Positions 1 to 8,845 of a stretch of DNA of 38,609 nucleotides are shown one piece after another (position 1 is the stretch's first letter; each line of letters begins with the position of its first letter). The DNA lies in the NCBI GenBank assembly GCA_007131125.1, contig SLRE01000107.1, positions 1 through 38,609 of the forward strand, read 5' to 3'. This DNA comes from Bacteroidales bacterium. Lineage in GTDB: Bacteria; Bacteroidota; Bacteroidia; Bacteroidales; UBA7960. The notes beneath the pieces are model-generated. The model was not told the DNA's origin and searched no databases. It saw only the letters and a program-made list of their open reading frames with translations. The position numbers and the translations under genes are program-made.

Positions 1-531
1 CACATAACCACCGTATATTCCAACACCCATAGCATTCCAGGTGGCCTGGGTAAATACCCCTGCATTGATGATGGTATTGTTGTGTCCGGGGCTTAACTGC
101 CAGGCTTCCAATGCTTCTTTTGCCAGGGGCACGGATGAAGACACGGGCCAGTAACTGTAAACAATTTCATACCCACGGCCCGGATAGTTTGATACCTCAC
201 CGGGTTTGTCCCACATGCAATGGGGGTTGCTGTGGTCGGAAGTGTAACAGCATTGGCTCCATGGCCCGTTATCCGACCAACTGTGCATGTTGCAATGGTC
301 ATCATAGGGTTTGTTTTCGAAAAGGTCTATGGCATGGGCCTGCGCCACAATGGTCAGGTTGAATGAGAGGGGAATGGGGTCTTTTCCCTTTTGCTCCCGG
401 TAGGCATTAATTTTTTCATAAAGCTTTACCTCTTCTTCAATCAGGCAAAGTTCTTCAACTCCAACCGGGAACTCTCCCGACAGTGCCGGCCATGGGAAAA
501 ACAGCATCAGTAAAAACGATAATTTTTTCAT
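1..531 (-). CDS. Secreted CAP/SCP (PR-1/YkwD-like) domain protein; C-terminus cut by the window edge
   Basis: Absent from the ORF track because it runs off the edge. My own minus-strand translation from the ATG at 531..529 stays open in frame to base 1 (177 codons). It reads MKKLSFLLMLFFPWPALSGEF (signal peptide) ...INAYREQKGKDPIPLSFNLTIVAQAHAIDL...AWQLSPGHNNTIINAGVFTQATWNAMGVGIYGGYV. The W..SPGH.N and GVG blocks are typical of bacterial CAP-domain proteins. Confidence 0.7.
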   Translation of the reverse strand, partial: MKKLSFLLMLFFPWPALSGEFPVGVEELCLIEEEVKLYEKINAYREQKGKDPIPLSFNLTIVAQAHAIDLFENKPYDDHCNMHSWSDNGPWSQCCYTSDHSNPHCMWDKPGEVSNYPGRGYEIVYSYWPVSSSVPLAKEALEAWQLSPGHNNTIINAGVFTQATWNAMGVGIYGGYV

Positions 532-581
532 GTGGGCAGAATTATATTTCTTTAACGGGAAAAATTCATTTTTCTTTTCCC

Positions 582-617
582 AAAAAAAAAGAGGCTTTCG
601 TTTGGTCCGAAAGCCTC
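582..617 (-). terminator. Rho-independent terminator downstream of fba
   Basis: Perfect 10-bp stem GAGGCTTTCG (591-600) / CGAAAGCCTC (608-617) with a 7-nt loop. On the minus strand it is followed by a T9 run (plus-strand A9 at 582-590). It lies 22 nt after the fba stop. Confidence 0.85.
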
Positions 618-638
618 CCAAAAGAATGCCGCAAATGC

Positions 639-1718
639 TTAATTTCTGTCCAAAGCATTGAGGTCTTCAAAAGCAAGTTTCAGGCGCTCTTTCATGGTTT
701 CTTCACCTGCCCTGAGCCAGGCCCTTGGGTCGTAAAACTTTTTGTTGGGCTTTTCTTCCCCTTCGGGGTTTCCGATCTGCCCCTGCAGGTAGCCTTCATT
801 TTTCTTGTAATAGTTTTTTATTCCTTCCCAGAAAGCCCATTGGGTATCGGTATCAATATTCATTTTGATTACTCCGTAGTCAATGGATTCCCGGATCTCC
901 TCCCTTGAAGAGCCGCTTCCTCCGTGAAAAACAAAATTAACGGGATTGGGTGCGGTGTTAAATTTTTCCTGAATATGCTTTTGTGAGTTTTTTAGGATCA
1001 CCGGCTGGAGTTTTACGTTTCCGGGCTTATAAACACCGTGAACATTGCCAAAAGCAGCGGCGATGGTAAACTGGTCGGAGACTTCCATTAAAGATTCATA
1101 CATGGCGGCAACCTCTTCGGGCTGTGTGTAAAGCTTGGAGCTGTCAATATCGGAATGGTCTACACCATCCTCTTCACCACCGGTAACACCTAGCTCCACC
1201 TCCAGGGACATCCCCATGCGGCTCATTCGCTCATGATATTTTTTGCTGATGGCAATGTTGTCCTCAAGGGTTTCTTCCGAGAGGTCAAGCATATGGGAAC
1301 TGAACAAGGGTTTTCCATGGGTTTTGAAGTTTTCTTCACTGGCATTTATTAACCCATCTATCCAGGGGAGCAATTTTTTGGCGGCATGGTCGGTATGTAG
1401 AATAACCCTTACCCCATATTCTTTGGCCATCATTGCCACGTGATGGGCACCTGAAACAGCCCCTGCAATGGCGGCTTTCTGGTTTTCGTTGGAAAGGGAT
1501 TTTCCGGCAAAGAACTGGGCACCCCCGTTGGAGAATTGAATGATCACCGGGGAGTTTACCTCCCGGGCTGCCTCAAGAACGGCATTTACTGAATTGGTTC
1601 CGACAACATTTACGGCAGGCAGGGCAAACTTATGCTCCCTTGCTATGCGGTAAAGTTCATTTACGTCTTTTCCAGTCAATACCCCAGGCTCAATATGCTT
1701 CAAAAGTTTTTCTGACAT
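639..1718 (-). CDS. fbaA: Fructose-1,6-bisphosphate aldolase, class II
   Basis: Full-length match in character to class II FBA (LPAVNVVGTNSVNAVLEAA..., IIQFSNGGA, HTDHAAK, GNVHGVYKPGNVKL, FVFHGGSGS). The track ORF begins at a TTG at 1724; the ATG at 1718 (MSEKLLKH...) is the more likely start. Confidence 0.95.
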   Translation of the reverse strand: MSEKLLKHIEPGVLTGKDVNELYRIAREHKFALPAVNVVGTNSVNAVLEAAREVNSPVIIQFSNGGAQFFAGKSLSNENQKAAIAGAVSGAHHVAMMAKEYGVRVILHTDHAAKKLLPWIDGLINASEENFKTHGKPLFSSHMLDLSEETLEDNIAISKKYHERMSRMGMSLEVELGVTGGEEDGVDHSDIDSSKLYTQPEEVAAMYESLMEVSDQFTIAAAFGNVHGVYKPGNVKLQPVILKNSQKHIQEKFNTAPNPVNFVFHGGSGSSREEIRESIDYGVIKMNIDTDTQWAFWEGIKNYYKKNEGYLQGQIGNPEGEEKPNKKFYDPRAWLRAGEETMKERLKLAFEDLNALDRN

Positions 1719-1761
1719 CTTCAATTTTTCTTTAAGTTTAACTTTTCGGATTTGAGAATTT

Positions 1762-1778
1762 CAAAATTAGCAAAATTA
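1762..1778 (-). promoter_or_regulatory. Tandem Bacteroidota -7 promoter boxes (TAATTTTG x2) for fba
   Basis: Plus-strand CAAAATTA at 1762-1769 and 1771-1778 is TAATTTTG on the minus strand, matching TAnnTTTG. The boxes lie 44 and 53 nt upstream of the ATG at 1718. Confidence 0.4.
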
Positions 1779-1877
1779 ATACTACGACTGATAAACCCTT
1801 TGCCAACATTTTTCTGTCAGGTGAAAAAGGTTTTTTTTAAGTTCAATAATTTTTTGGGGTTTTATGTATCATTTCCC

Positions 1878-1885
1878 TATTTTTG
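1878..1885 (+). promoter_or_regulatory. Candidate -7 promoter box for the glycosyltransferase gene
   Basis: TATTTTTG matches TAnnTTTG, 67 nt upstream of the start at 1952. Confidence 0.35.
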
Positions 1886-1951
1886 CCTCATTACCCAGGT
1901 GAGGTTGCTTTAATAAAGCATGAGATCACATATTTTTAAAGAATAAAGGTT

Positions 1952-3076
1952 TTGAAGATTGCGGTTAATACCCGGCTTTTATTGTCCGGTAAGCTTGAAG
2001 GGATAGGATGGTTTACCTGTCAGACATTCAAAAAGATGGTAAAAAATCATCCTGAATGTGAATTTCATTTTATTTTTGATCGAAAGTACAATCCGGAGTT
2101 TATTTTTTTTTTTTTTATTAAGCCGGTGGTTCTTTTTCCCCAGGCCCGTCATCCCCTGCTTTATTATTGGTTTTTTGAGCATTCCCTTCCCCGTTACCTG
2201 AAAAGGACCCGGCCCGATCTGTTCGTATCGCCCGATGGACTTTTGTCCCTTGCCTATCCCGGAAAACAGGTCCCGGTTTTTCACGACCTGAACTTTATGC
2301 ATCATCCGCATTACCTGCCATTTTTATCCAGGAAATATTACACCAGTTTTTTTCCAAGATATGCCAGGGTTTCAAGTCGGATTGCCACGGTTTCCGAATA
2401 TTCCAAAAAAGACATCGTGGAAACTTTCGGCTATCCTGCTGAAAAAATTGATGTGGTATACAACGGGGTGAATGAAGTTTTCAGGCCGGTTGAAAAAGGA
2501 CGCATGGGTGAAATCAGGGAAAAGTATGCAAGAGGCTTTCCTTATTTTGTTTATGTGGGTTCTTTGCACAAGCGAAAAAACATTGACCGCATGCTTCAGG
2601 CTTTTGAGCAATTCAAGAAATCTGACAATGGCGGGCATAAGCTGGTGATCGTGGGCGAACCCATGTTTGGGTCTCTTCTTTCCAAAAAGATTTACACTTC
2701 CATGAACAGCAAGGATGATTTGATTTTTGTTGGCAGGTTGTATGAAGAAGAGTTGAGAGATGTGATCGGGGGGTCTACGGCCTTGCTTCTGGTTTCGCAT
2801 TTTGAAGGCTTCGGTATTCCTATTCTGGAAGCAATGAACTGCGATGTTCCGGTAATTACCTCCAATGTTACCAGCATGCCCGAGGTTGCCGGTGATGCCG
2901 CTTTGCTGGTTGACCCAGGTTCTGTCAGGTCCATTGCAGATGCAATGTTGAAAATCACTGCTGATGCCAATTTGAGAAACACTCTTGTAGAGCGTGGCAG
3001 AACCCAGAGAGAAAATTTTTCCTGGGAAAAAACTGCAGAACGCATGTGGGATTGTATAATAAAAGCTATTGAATAA
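1952..3076 (+). CDS. Glycosyltransferase, family 4 (GT-B, group 1)
   Basis: The N-terminus MKIAVNTRLLLSGKLEGIGWF is typical of Bacteroidota GT4 enzymes. The C-terminal half carries the EGFGIPILEAM ... PEVAGDAALLVDP nucleotide-sugar binding signature. The start is a TTG. The gene contains an in-frame T14 run at 2103-2116. Confidence 0.9.
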   Translation: MKIAVNTRLLLSGKLEGIGWFTCQTFKKMVKNHPECEFHFIFDRKYNPEFIFFFFIKPVVLFPQARHPLLYYWFFEHSLPRYLKRTRPDLFVSPDGLLSLAYPGKQVPVFHDLNFMHHPHYLPFLSRKYYTSFFPRYARVSSRIATVSEYSKKDIVETFGYPAEKIDVVYNGVNEVFRPVEKGRMGEIREKYARGFPYFVYVGSLHKRKNIDRMLQAFEQFKKSDNGGHKLVIVGEPMFGSLLSKKIYTSMNSKDDLIFVGRLYEEELRDVIGGSTALLLVSHFEGFGIPILEAMNCDVPVITSNVTSMPEVAGDAALLVDPGSVRSIADAMLKITADANLRNTLVERGRTQRENFSWEKTAERMWDCIIKAIE

Positions 3077-3152
3077 CTTTTTTCTGTTTTCTTTTTCTTG
3101 TATAAAAACACCGACTTGTTGTATTAATATTGGTTTTTAATCCATAAAAACG

Positions 3153-3160
3153 TATATTTG
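3153..3160 (+). promoter_or_regulatory. Candidate -7 promoter box for the T9SS cargo gene
   Basis: TATATTTG matches TAnnTTTG, 32 nt upstream of the ATG at 3192. Confidence 0.4.
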
Positions 3161-3191
3161 TCCAAATTTGATCAACCCAAAATTTTCCAAT

Positions 3192-5324
3192 ATGAGCTCT
3201 CATCTGTTCAACCTCCGTTATTTTGCTTTTTTCCTGCTGTTTTTTGGTGTTTTCATCACAGTTAATGCACAGGAAAAAGAAAAGCTAAACACTGCAGGTT
3301 TTAAAGAAGCAATTTTTGAGGAACCTGTGATCTTTTCCAAATCTGCTCCTGAAAGCAGGGAAGATGCGATCTGGTATGAAAGTTTTTCGGAAACTTCATC
3401 TCAGGAATGGGAGTTTGTGGATTTGGCCGGAAATGGGGGATGGGAACATACTTTTTCCGGATCGCAGGGGCAGTTTGCCGGAGAAGGGCTTCCGATCAAT
3501 TCACCTTCTTCCGAAGACGGTTTTATGATCCTGGATGCCGATCTGATCAACACCCCTTATGACCCGGGAAACCCCATTATTCCCGATGCATATATTCAAA
3601 GCCCTGCAATTGATCTTGGCGATCACTCTTATGTGATCCTGGAATTTTATCACTACTTCAGGTATTTCAGCGGGGCGGAGCTTTTGGTTGGCGTCAGTAC
3701 CGACGGTGAAAACTGGACCGAATGGAATGTGAAAGGAAATGTGGGGGTTAACCAGTTTTCGCCCAACCCTTTAGTGGAGCAAATCAATATTTCTGAAGTT
3801 GCCGGGGGCGCCAATGAGGTTTATATCCGGTTTCATTTCCGGGGAAGCCACTGGTATTTCTGGCAGGTTGACGATGTTTCCATCAAACCCATGACGGCAA
3901 ACGACCTTTCTGTTGAAAGGGTAAAAACCGGGTTGTATCATCGCATGCCTGAATTTCAGGCTTTGCCCTTCCGTTTTAAAGGGATCATCGAAAACCTTGG
4001 ATCGGCCACCCAAACCAACGCCTACCTGGAAGTGGATATTAACGAAGGTTTGTTTACCGCCCAAAGTGAAGTTTTTGATGCTCCTTATCAGTTTTATGAT
4101 ACGGTGATCGTTCCTGAAACCTTTCTTCCCCAGGAAAAAGGTCAATACGATGTGGTCTTTACTGTCAACCAGGATCAGGAAGATGACCATCCTGAGAACA
4201 ACGTTTATGAGCAGTCTTTTTTTATTACCGATACGGTATATGCCCGCGATAATGACGTGCTTACCGGCGGGGCCCATGCCGGAACAGGAGAACCCTATAT
4301 TATGGCCCTGATGTATGAGGTGCCGCAGCCTGCACAACCCACTTCCGTATCTTTTGTGCTTTCTTCTCTGAACCAGCCCGGAGTTGTGGGCCGTGAGGTA
4401 AGGGTGGTGCTTTATGAGATTACTGAAGAACTGGACGCTATTACTCTGGGTGCATCGGAGCTTTATACCATTACATCAGATGACATCCCCCAGGATGTCG
4501 GAGAGGGCCCGGTTTCGGTCACCCTGCCTCTGCATCCTGCCGATGGAAAAGGAGATGAGATCATCAATCTAAAAAAAGACCGGGAGCTGCCCGAAATTGG
4601 CGGATATTACCTTGACGGCCCCCTTAAAGGAATGCCTAAGCAGTACCTTGCCGCTTTCCAGCAGTTCGGAGGGACTCCCACCATTTTTATAGGCACAGGT
4701 CCGGCCTCTTATCAACCTTCTGACATCTGGTATATGTTCACCGATCAGTGGTATGCAATTTATCCGGATACGCGCTGGCCTATGGTTCGCTTTAATGTGA
4801 AGGAGGGAGAATGCCCGTGGCTTTTTGTTGATGCCGAAATCACCGATGCAACCGGTATGGATAAAAACGACGGTAGCATTGTTTTAACCGACCTTGATGG
4901 GGGAGAACCACCCTACACTTTTTTATGGGATGATCCGGATGCCTCCACCACACAGAATATTCATGGGCTTTATCCCGGCGATTACACTGTATTGATTACA
5001 GATGCCAATGACTGTGAATGGGAACGGGTATTTACCGTTTCTGTAACCACGGGTATATTCGAACCCGATGCCATCAGCAGCCTGGAGGTGTTTCCCAACC
5101 CTGTAAAAGACCGGCTGCAGGTTCGCTTTTTTATGGAAAAACCCGGAAGTTTGGATGTCGGCCTCTATAGCCTGACCGGTAATAAGCTCTTTTCAAAATC
5201 CCGGGAAGATTTTACCGGAGATTTTGAAACAGACTTTTCTATGGGCAACCTTCCATCAGGGGTTTACCTTCTGAAGATTGAAGCCAATGGGCAGGCAGTT
5301 ACCAGAAAGATCCTCAAAAACTAG
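3192..5324 (+). CDS. T9SS-secreted multidomain protein (N-terminal jelly-roll/MAM-like domain, SprB repeat, Por secretion C-terminal domain)
   Basis: Signal peptide MSSHLFNLRYFAFFLLFFGVFITVNAQ from the ATG at 3192 (the track ORF starts at an upstream TTG at 3168). A SprB-type repeat is present: NDGSIVLTDLDGGEPPYTFLWDDPDASTTQNIHGLYPGDYTVLITDANDCE. The C-terminus LEVFPNPVKDRLQVRF...GVYLLKIEANGQAVTRKILKN is a type A T9SS sorting domain. Confidence 0.85.
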   Translation: MSSHLFNLRYFAFFLLFFGVFITVNAQEKEKLNTAGFKEAIFEEPVIFSKSAPESREDAIWYESFSETSSQEWEFVDLAGNGGWEHTFSGSQGQFAGEGLPINSPSSEDGFMILDADLINTPYDPGNPIIPDAYIQSPAIDLGDHSYVILEFYHYFRYFSGAELLVGVSTDGENWTEWNVKGNVGVNQFSPNPLVEQINISEVAGGANEVYIRFHFRGSHWYFWQVDDVSIKPMTANDLSVERVKTGLYHRMPEFQALPFRFKGIIENLGSATQTNAYLEVDINEGLFTAQSEVFDAPYQFYDTVIVPETFLPQEKGQYDVVFTVNQDQEDDHPENNVYEQSFFITDTVYARDNDVLTGGAHAGTGEPYIMALMYEVPQPAQPTSVSFVLSSLNQPGVVGREVRVVLYEITEELDAITLGASELYTITSDDIPQDVGEGPVSVTLPLHPADGKGDEIINLKKDRELPEIGGYYLDGPLKGMPKQYLAAFQQFGGTPTIFIGTGPASYQPSDIWYMFTDQWYAIYPDTRWPMVRFNVKEGECPWLFVDAEITDATGMDKNDGSIVLTDLDGGEPPYTFLWDDPDASTTQNIHGLYPGDYTVLITDANDCEWERVFTVSVTTGIFEPDAISSLEVFPNPVKDRLQVRFFMEKPGSLDVGLYSLTGNKLFSKSREDFTGDFETDFSMGNLPSGVYLLKIEANGQAVTRKILKN

Positions 5325-5447
5325 CTTTATTTTTCCGGGTTGATATTTGCAGGAATGAATTAATTGCCATAACTTGCAATCTGCTAAAAACTTTTTTCCG
5401 GGGCAATGCCCAGGATACTACCATTTTGTAATCAATCCCCGGCCAAC

Positions 5448-6305
5448 ATGAGATCGTTATTCCCGGTAACCATTGCCCTGATACTGCTGGCTTCCTGCGG
5501 GCAAAATAATGAAGAGGCGGAGCGCCTCCGTCAGGAAAAGGCTCTATTGCAACAGCAGCTCGAAGAAAAAGAAAAAACCCTGAATCAGTTCATTGGCACC
5601 CTCAATGAGATTGAAGAAAACCTGCAGTCCATCAGGCAAAAGGAAGATGCCATTTCTCTGGAAGCGGGTAAGGAACTGGAAGTAAACCAGGAGCTTGTCG
5701 GAAACATAAACGAAAACATTCGTAAGATTGGTGAATTAATGGAGAGGAACCGCCGGTTGATGAACTCCCTTCACGCAGAGCTGAGTCAGTCCAACCTCCA
5801 GATTAAAGAATTTGAGCGGATGGTGCGCAGGCTTCATTATCAGCTTGAGGATAAAGAAACGGAGATATTAATTTTGCGTGATGATCTGGGGCATCTGAAC
5901 CTGAGGGTTGAGTCTCTCACCGCCGTTGTTGACACCCTTCAAATCCTATCCCGCCAGAAAGACCGGGTAATTGATGAAAAAACCCTGGAACTCAACACCG
6001 CTTTTTTTGCCATGGGTTCAAGGAGGGCCCTCCGCGATCAGGGCATCATTAAACCCGAGGGGGGATTTTTAGGAATAGGGAGAGTTCACCGTTTAAAGCC
6101 GGACTTTAAACCTGACTTCTTTACCCGTATTGACATGGAGCTCACCAGAGAAATCATCATCCGGGGCAAAAATCCCGAATTCATTACGGTTCATCCGGCA
6201 GGAAGCTGGAGGTGGCAGCAGGACGGAGAAACCTTGCAATTGCAGATCCTGCAGCCTGATAAATTCTGGAGTACATCCCGCTACCTGGTATTGGAAACCG
6301 AATAG
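5448..6305 (+). CDS. Coiled-coil lipoprotein of unknown function
   Basis: MRSLFPVTIALILLASCGQ has a lipobox with Cys. About 150 aa of heptad-like E/L/Q/K-rich sequence follow, then a globular C-terminal domain. The ATG at 5448 is preferred over the track start at 5406 because it places the signal peptide at the N-terminus. Confidence 0.65.
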   Translation: MRSLFPVTIALILLASCGQNNEEAERLRQEKALLQQQLEEKEKTLNQFIGTLNEIEENLQSIRQKEDAISLEAGKELEVNQELVGNINENIRKIGELMERNRRLMNSLHAELSQSNLQIKEFERMVRRLHYQLEDKETEILILRDDLGHLNLRVESLTAVVDTLQILSRQKDRVIDEKTLELNTAFFAMGSRRALRDQGIIKPEGGFLGIGRVHRLKPDFKPDFFTRIDMELTREIIIRGKNPEFITVHPAGSWRWQQDGETLQLQILQPDKFWSTSRYLVLETE

Positions 6306-6316
6306 TCTTGTTTTGA

Positions 6317-7936
6317 TCAGAACCCGCTCAGGTCCATGGTTACTGTTGGAATCAATAACAGAAAACCCAGCAGGATCATGATCACGATCAAAGGCCATAC
6401 CCATTTAACCCATTTGTGATAGGGGATGCGTGCCACACCCAGCACTGCAATAAGTACCCCGGAAGTTGGGGTGATCATGTTGGTAAATCCGTCTCCAAAC
6501 TGGAAGGCCATAACTGTTGCCTGCCGGGAAATTCCGATCAGGTCGCTGAAAGGAGCCATTATGGGCATGGTAATGGCTGCTTTGGCCGACCCTGATGGGA
6601 TTACAATATTTACAATGGTTTGAATAACGTACATGACACCAACGGAGGCAACATTGCCAAACTGCCCAAGGGTCCTTGACAGGCCATAAAGGATGGTGTC
6701 GATTATGCCGCCGTCTTCCAGCACCACAATAATCCCTCCGGCCAGGCCTACGATAATGGCTGCAGACATGATGTCTTTTACTCCGTCAAGAAAAGAGTTA
6801 GCAATGTCGTTGGCCGATTTGTTGATGGAAAGCCCTGCGGCAATGCCCATTCCGAGGAAAAGGGTGGCAATTTCCATTACATACCATCCATAACCCATTA
6901 CCCCTACAATCAGGAAAAGAATAGTGTAGGCCAGCAACAGCAATACAAAAAAGTGTACCGACTTTTTTAGTGTGAAATATCCTGCCAGGGCAAAAATTAC
7001 CGTTACCACCGGTAAAATGGTCATGGTTACTGATGAGTTTCCAATTGTTAGTGTGGTGATGGGGTAAAGAAACGAAAAGATTGCCAGGATAAGGGTAACA
7101 AACCCATAAACGATCCACGCCATTTTTGGGGTGTAATAAGTTACATCTTCGGGGTCGTCAGATTTGCGGTTGCGCCAGTAGCTGTCTTCCTCATACATGA
7201 TGGAGGATTTGGGGTTTTTCCTTACTTTGGCCACATACCTGAGCACAAAGGTAATCCCAACCAGGTTGATTACCATCCAGGCAAACAGCCGGTATTCGAT
7301 CCCTGAAAAAAGAGGCAGGTCTGCAAGCCCCTGTGCAATGCCTATGGTAAAGGGGTTTAAAATGGCCCCGGCAAAACCAAGGTGGGCAGCGATATATACC
7401 ATACACACCCCGGTAATGGAGTCATAGCCCATAGAAATAGCAAGCGGGATCAGGATGATAATAAATGCAATGGTTTCTTCACTCATTCCGAAAATGGCCC
7501 CAAAAGCACTGAACAGCAGCATGATCATTACAATAATGATATTGTCCACACCTAGTTTTTTCAGGAAGCGGTTTCTTTCAAGCTTTCGGGCGTATTTAAG
7601 AAAGGAAAGTATCCCAACATCTATTGCCTTGGTTTGATTCATGATCCAGAAAGCTCCCCCGATCATCAAAATAAAAACGATGATGTTTGACTGGCGGACA
7701 AATCCGTTGAAAAGGGCCGACAGCACCTGCCAGGTTTGAATCTGGCTGTCAACGGTGGTTTGGTAGGGTTCGGGAAGATCTTCCTCAAAATAGAACACCA
7801 TGCTGGTGCGCTCCTTACCGTCAATTACTACTGTTTCTTCTATGTATTGCCCCGGGGGTATAAACCAGGTTAAGATGGCGGCAATAACAATGATACCAAA
7901 AACGATAACGTAGGTGTGCGGAACTTTTTTTAACAT
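6317..7936 (-). CDS. yfcC: YfcC-family (DcuC/ArcD-like fold) inner-membrane transporter
   Basis: A 539-aa polytopic membrane protein. The N-terminus MLKKVPHTYVIVFGIIVIAAILTWFIP and the overall pattern are typical of YfcC family proteins. The start lies 21 nt after the stop of the cyanophycinase gene on the same strand. Confidence 0.8.
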   Translation of the reverse strand: MLKKVPHTYVIVFGIIVIAAILTWFIPPGQYIEETVVIDGKERTSMVFYFEEDLPEPYQTTVDSQIQTWQVLSALFNGFVRQSNIIVFILMIGGAFWIMNQTKAIDVGILSFLKYARKLERNRFLKKLGVDNIIIVMIMLLFSAFGAIFGMSEETIAFIIILIPLAISMGYDSITGVCMVYIAAHLGFAGAILNPFTIGIAQGLADLPLFSGIEYRLFAWMVINLVGITFVLRYVAKVRKNPKSSIMYEEDSYWRNRKSDDPEDVTYYTPKMAWIVYGFVTLILAIFSFLYPITTLTIGNSSVTMTILPVVTVIFALAGYFTLKKSVHFFVLLLLAYTILFLIVGVMGYGWYVMEIATLFLGMGIAAGLSINKSANDIANSFLDGVKDIMSAAIIVGLAGGIIVVLEDGGIIDTILYGLSRTLGQFGNVASVGVMYVIQTIVNIVIPSGSAKAAITMPIMAPFSDLIGISRQATVMAFQFGDGFTNMITPTSGVLIAVLGVARIPYHKWVKWVWPLIVIMILLGFLLLIPTVTMDLSGF

Positions 7937-7957
7937 TTAGCAAAGAATTTTTCGGTA

Positions 7958-8827
7958 TTATTTTATTGAGAACTTTTCTCCGGGCAAATAAATATCCAGC
8001 TTCAGGTTTTTTGCCCCCAGCTTATGCTCATAATGATGGGCAGAGTGCTCCGGATTACTGTAAACCAACACCTGGGAAACGCCAACCACTTCTGCCGAAT
8101 CTCCTCTTACCAGTATTGCCGTGGACTCATCAATTCCGATGCCCGGCAGGTGCGGATACTCGATAACGGCGCTGATAAGCCGGTTGTGCCGGCTTCTCCA
8201 GACAAAATGCTGGTCGATGATGGCGGTTTTCAGCAGGCCAAGTCCATCGGCTATTTCAATGTTTTCAGACTCTATGGTGCGGAAAGTGGAGCGATAATCT
8301 TCGTAACGGAGTTCATCTCCTGTGATCATTTTTTCGCTCATTACGGCGGCACCGGCACTGGTGCCTGCAATCAAGGCTCCCTGCTGATAGGCATGATGAA
8401 TGGCGTCAAAAATTGGAGTTTCCCTTACAATTTCCATAAAACGGTTCTGGTCCCCTCCGCTGATGTAAATCAGTTTGGCTTCCCTCATCACTTCAATCCA
8501 TTCCTCTTTTGGGTCCTTTTCGAGCTCAAAGTTGTAGCCTTTGATGCGCCCGGGTTCTATGCCCAGTTCCAGGAAAGATTCGGAAGACCAGATAATGGCC
8601 GAGTCCGGCACAGCGCTCGACATGGGCAGGATCACTATGTCGCCACCCTCATAAATTCCTGCTTCCTGAGAAAGCCGGTCCATTAACTCAAGAGAACGGT
8701 GGCCTCCGCCAATAATAAACAATGACCCTTTGGGCTGGTCCTGTTCACGGTTATTTTGTTGATTGGGCTGCTGGCAGGAAAGAAAAACCAGGCATGCGAA
8801 AAAAAAGACAAATACTTTCCGAATCAT
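7958..8827 (-). CDS. Cyanophycinase-like S51 serine peptidase, lipoprotein-anchored
   Basis: Lipobox FLSC (Cys18). S51/cyanophycinase blocks are present: LFIIGGG, ISGGDQNRF, GTSAGAAVM (Ser157), IDQHF (His207), GIDESTA (Glu234). The His-to-Glu spacing of 27 residues is the same as the CphB catalytic triad as I recall it. Confidence 0.85.
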   Translation of the reverse strand: MIRKVFVFFFACLVFLSCQQPNQQNNREQDQPKGSLFIIGGGHRSLELMDRLSQEAGIYEGGDIVILPMSSAVPDSAIIWSSESFLELGIEPGRIKGYNFELEKDPKEEWIEVMREAKLIYISGGDQNRFMEIVRETPIFDAIHHAYQQGALIAGTSAGAAVMSEKMITGDELRYEDYRSTFRTIESENIEIADGLGLLKTAIIDQHFVWRSRHNRLISAVIEYPHLPGIGIDESTAILVRGDSAEVVGVSQVLVYSNPEHSAHHYEHKLGAKNLKLDIYLPGEKFSIK

Positions 8828-8845
8828 TTTTTTGTATGTGGTTTA

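Noticed and set aside
111-362. Cysteine-rich 83-aa ORF (CPTCNGGCCGRKCNS...CACCNGHH) that could be mistaken for a RiPP or bacteriocin precursor
   Set aside because: It is the antisense frame of the CAP-domain gene, whose own Cys/His/Trp-rich insert generates the Cys codons on the complement. The sense-strand gene has a signal peptide and conserved family blocks.
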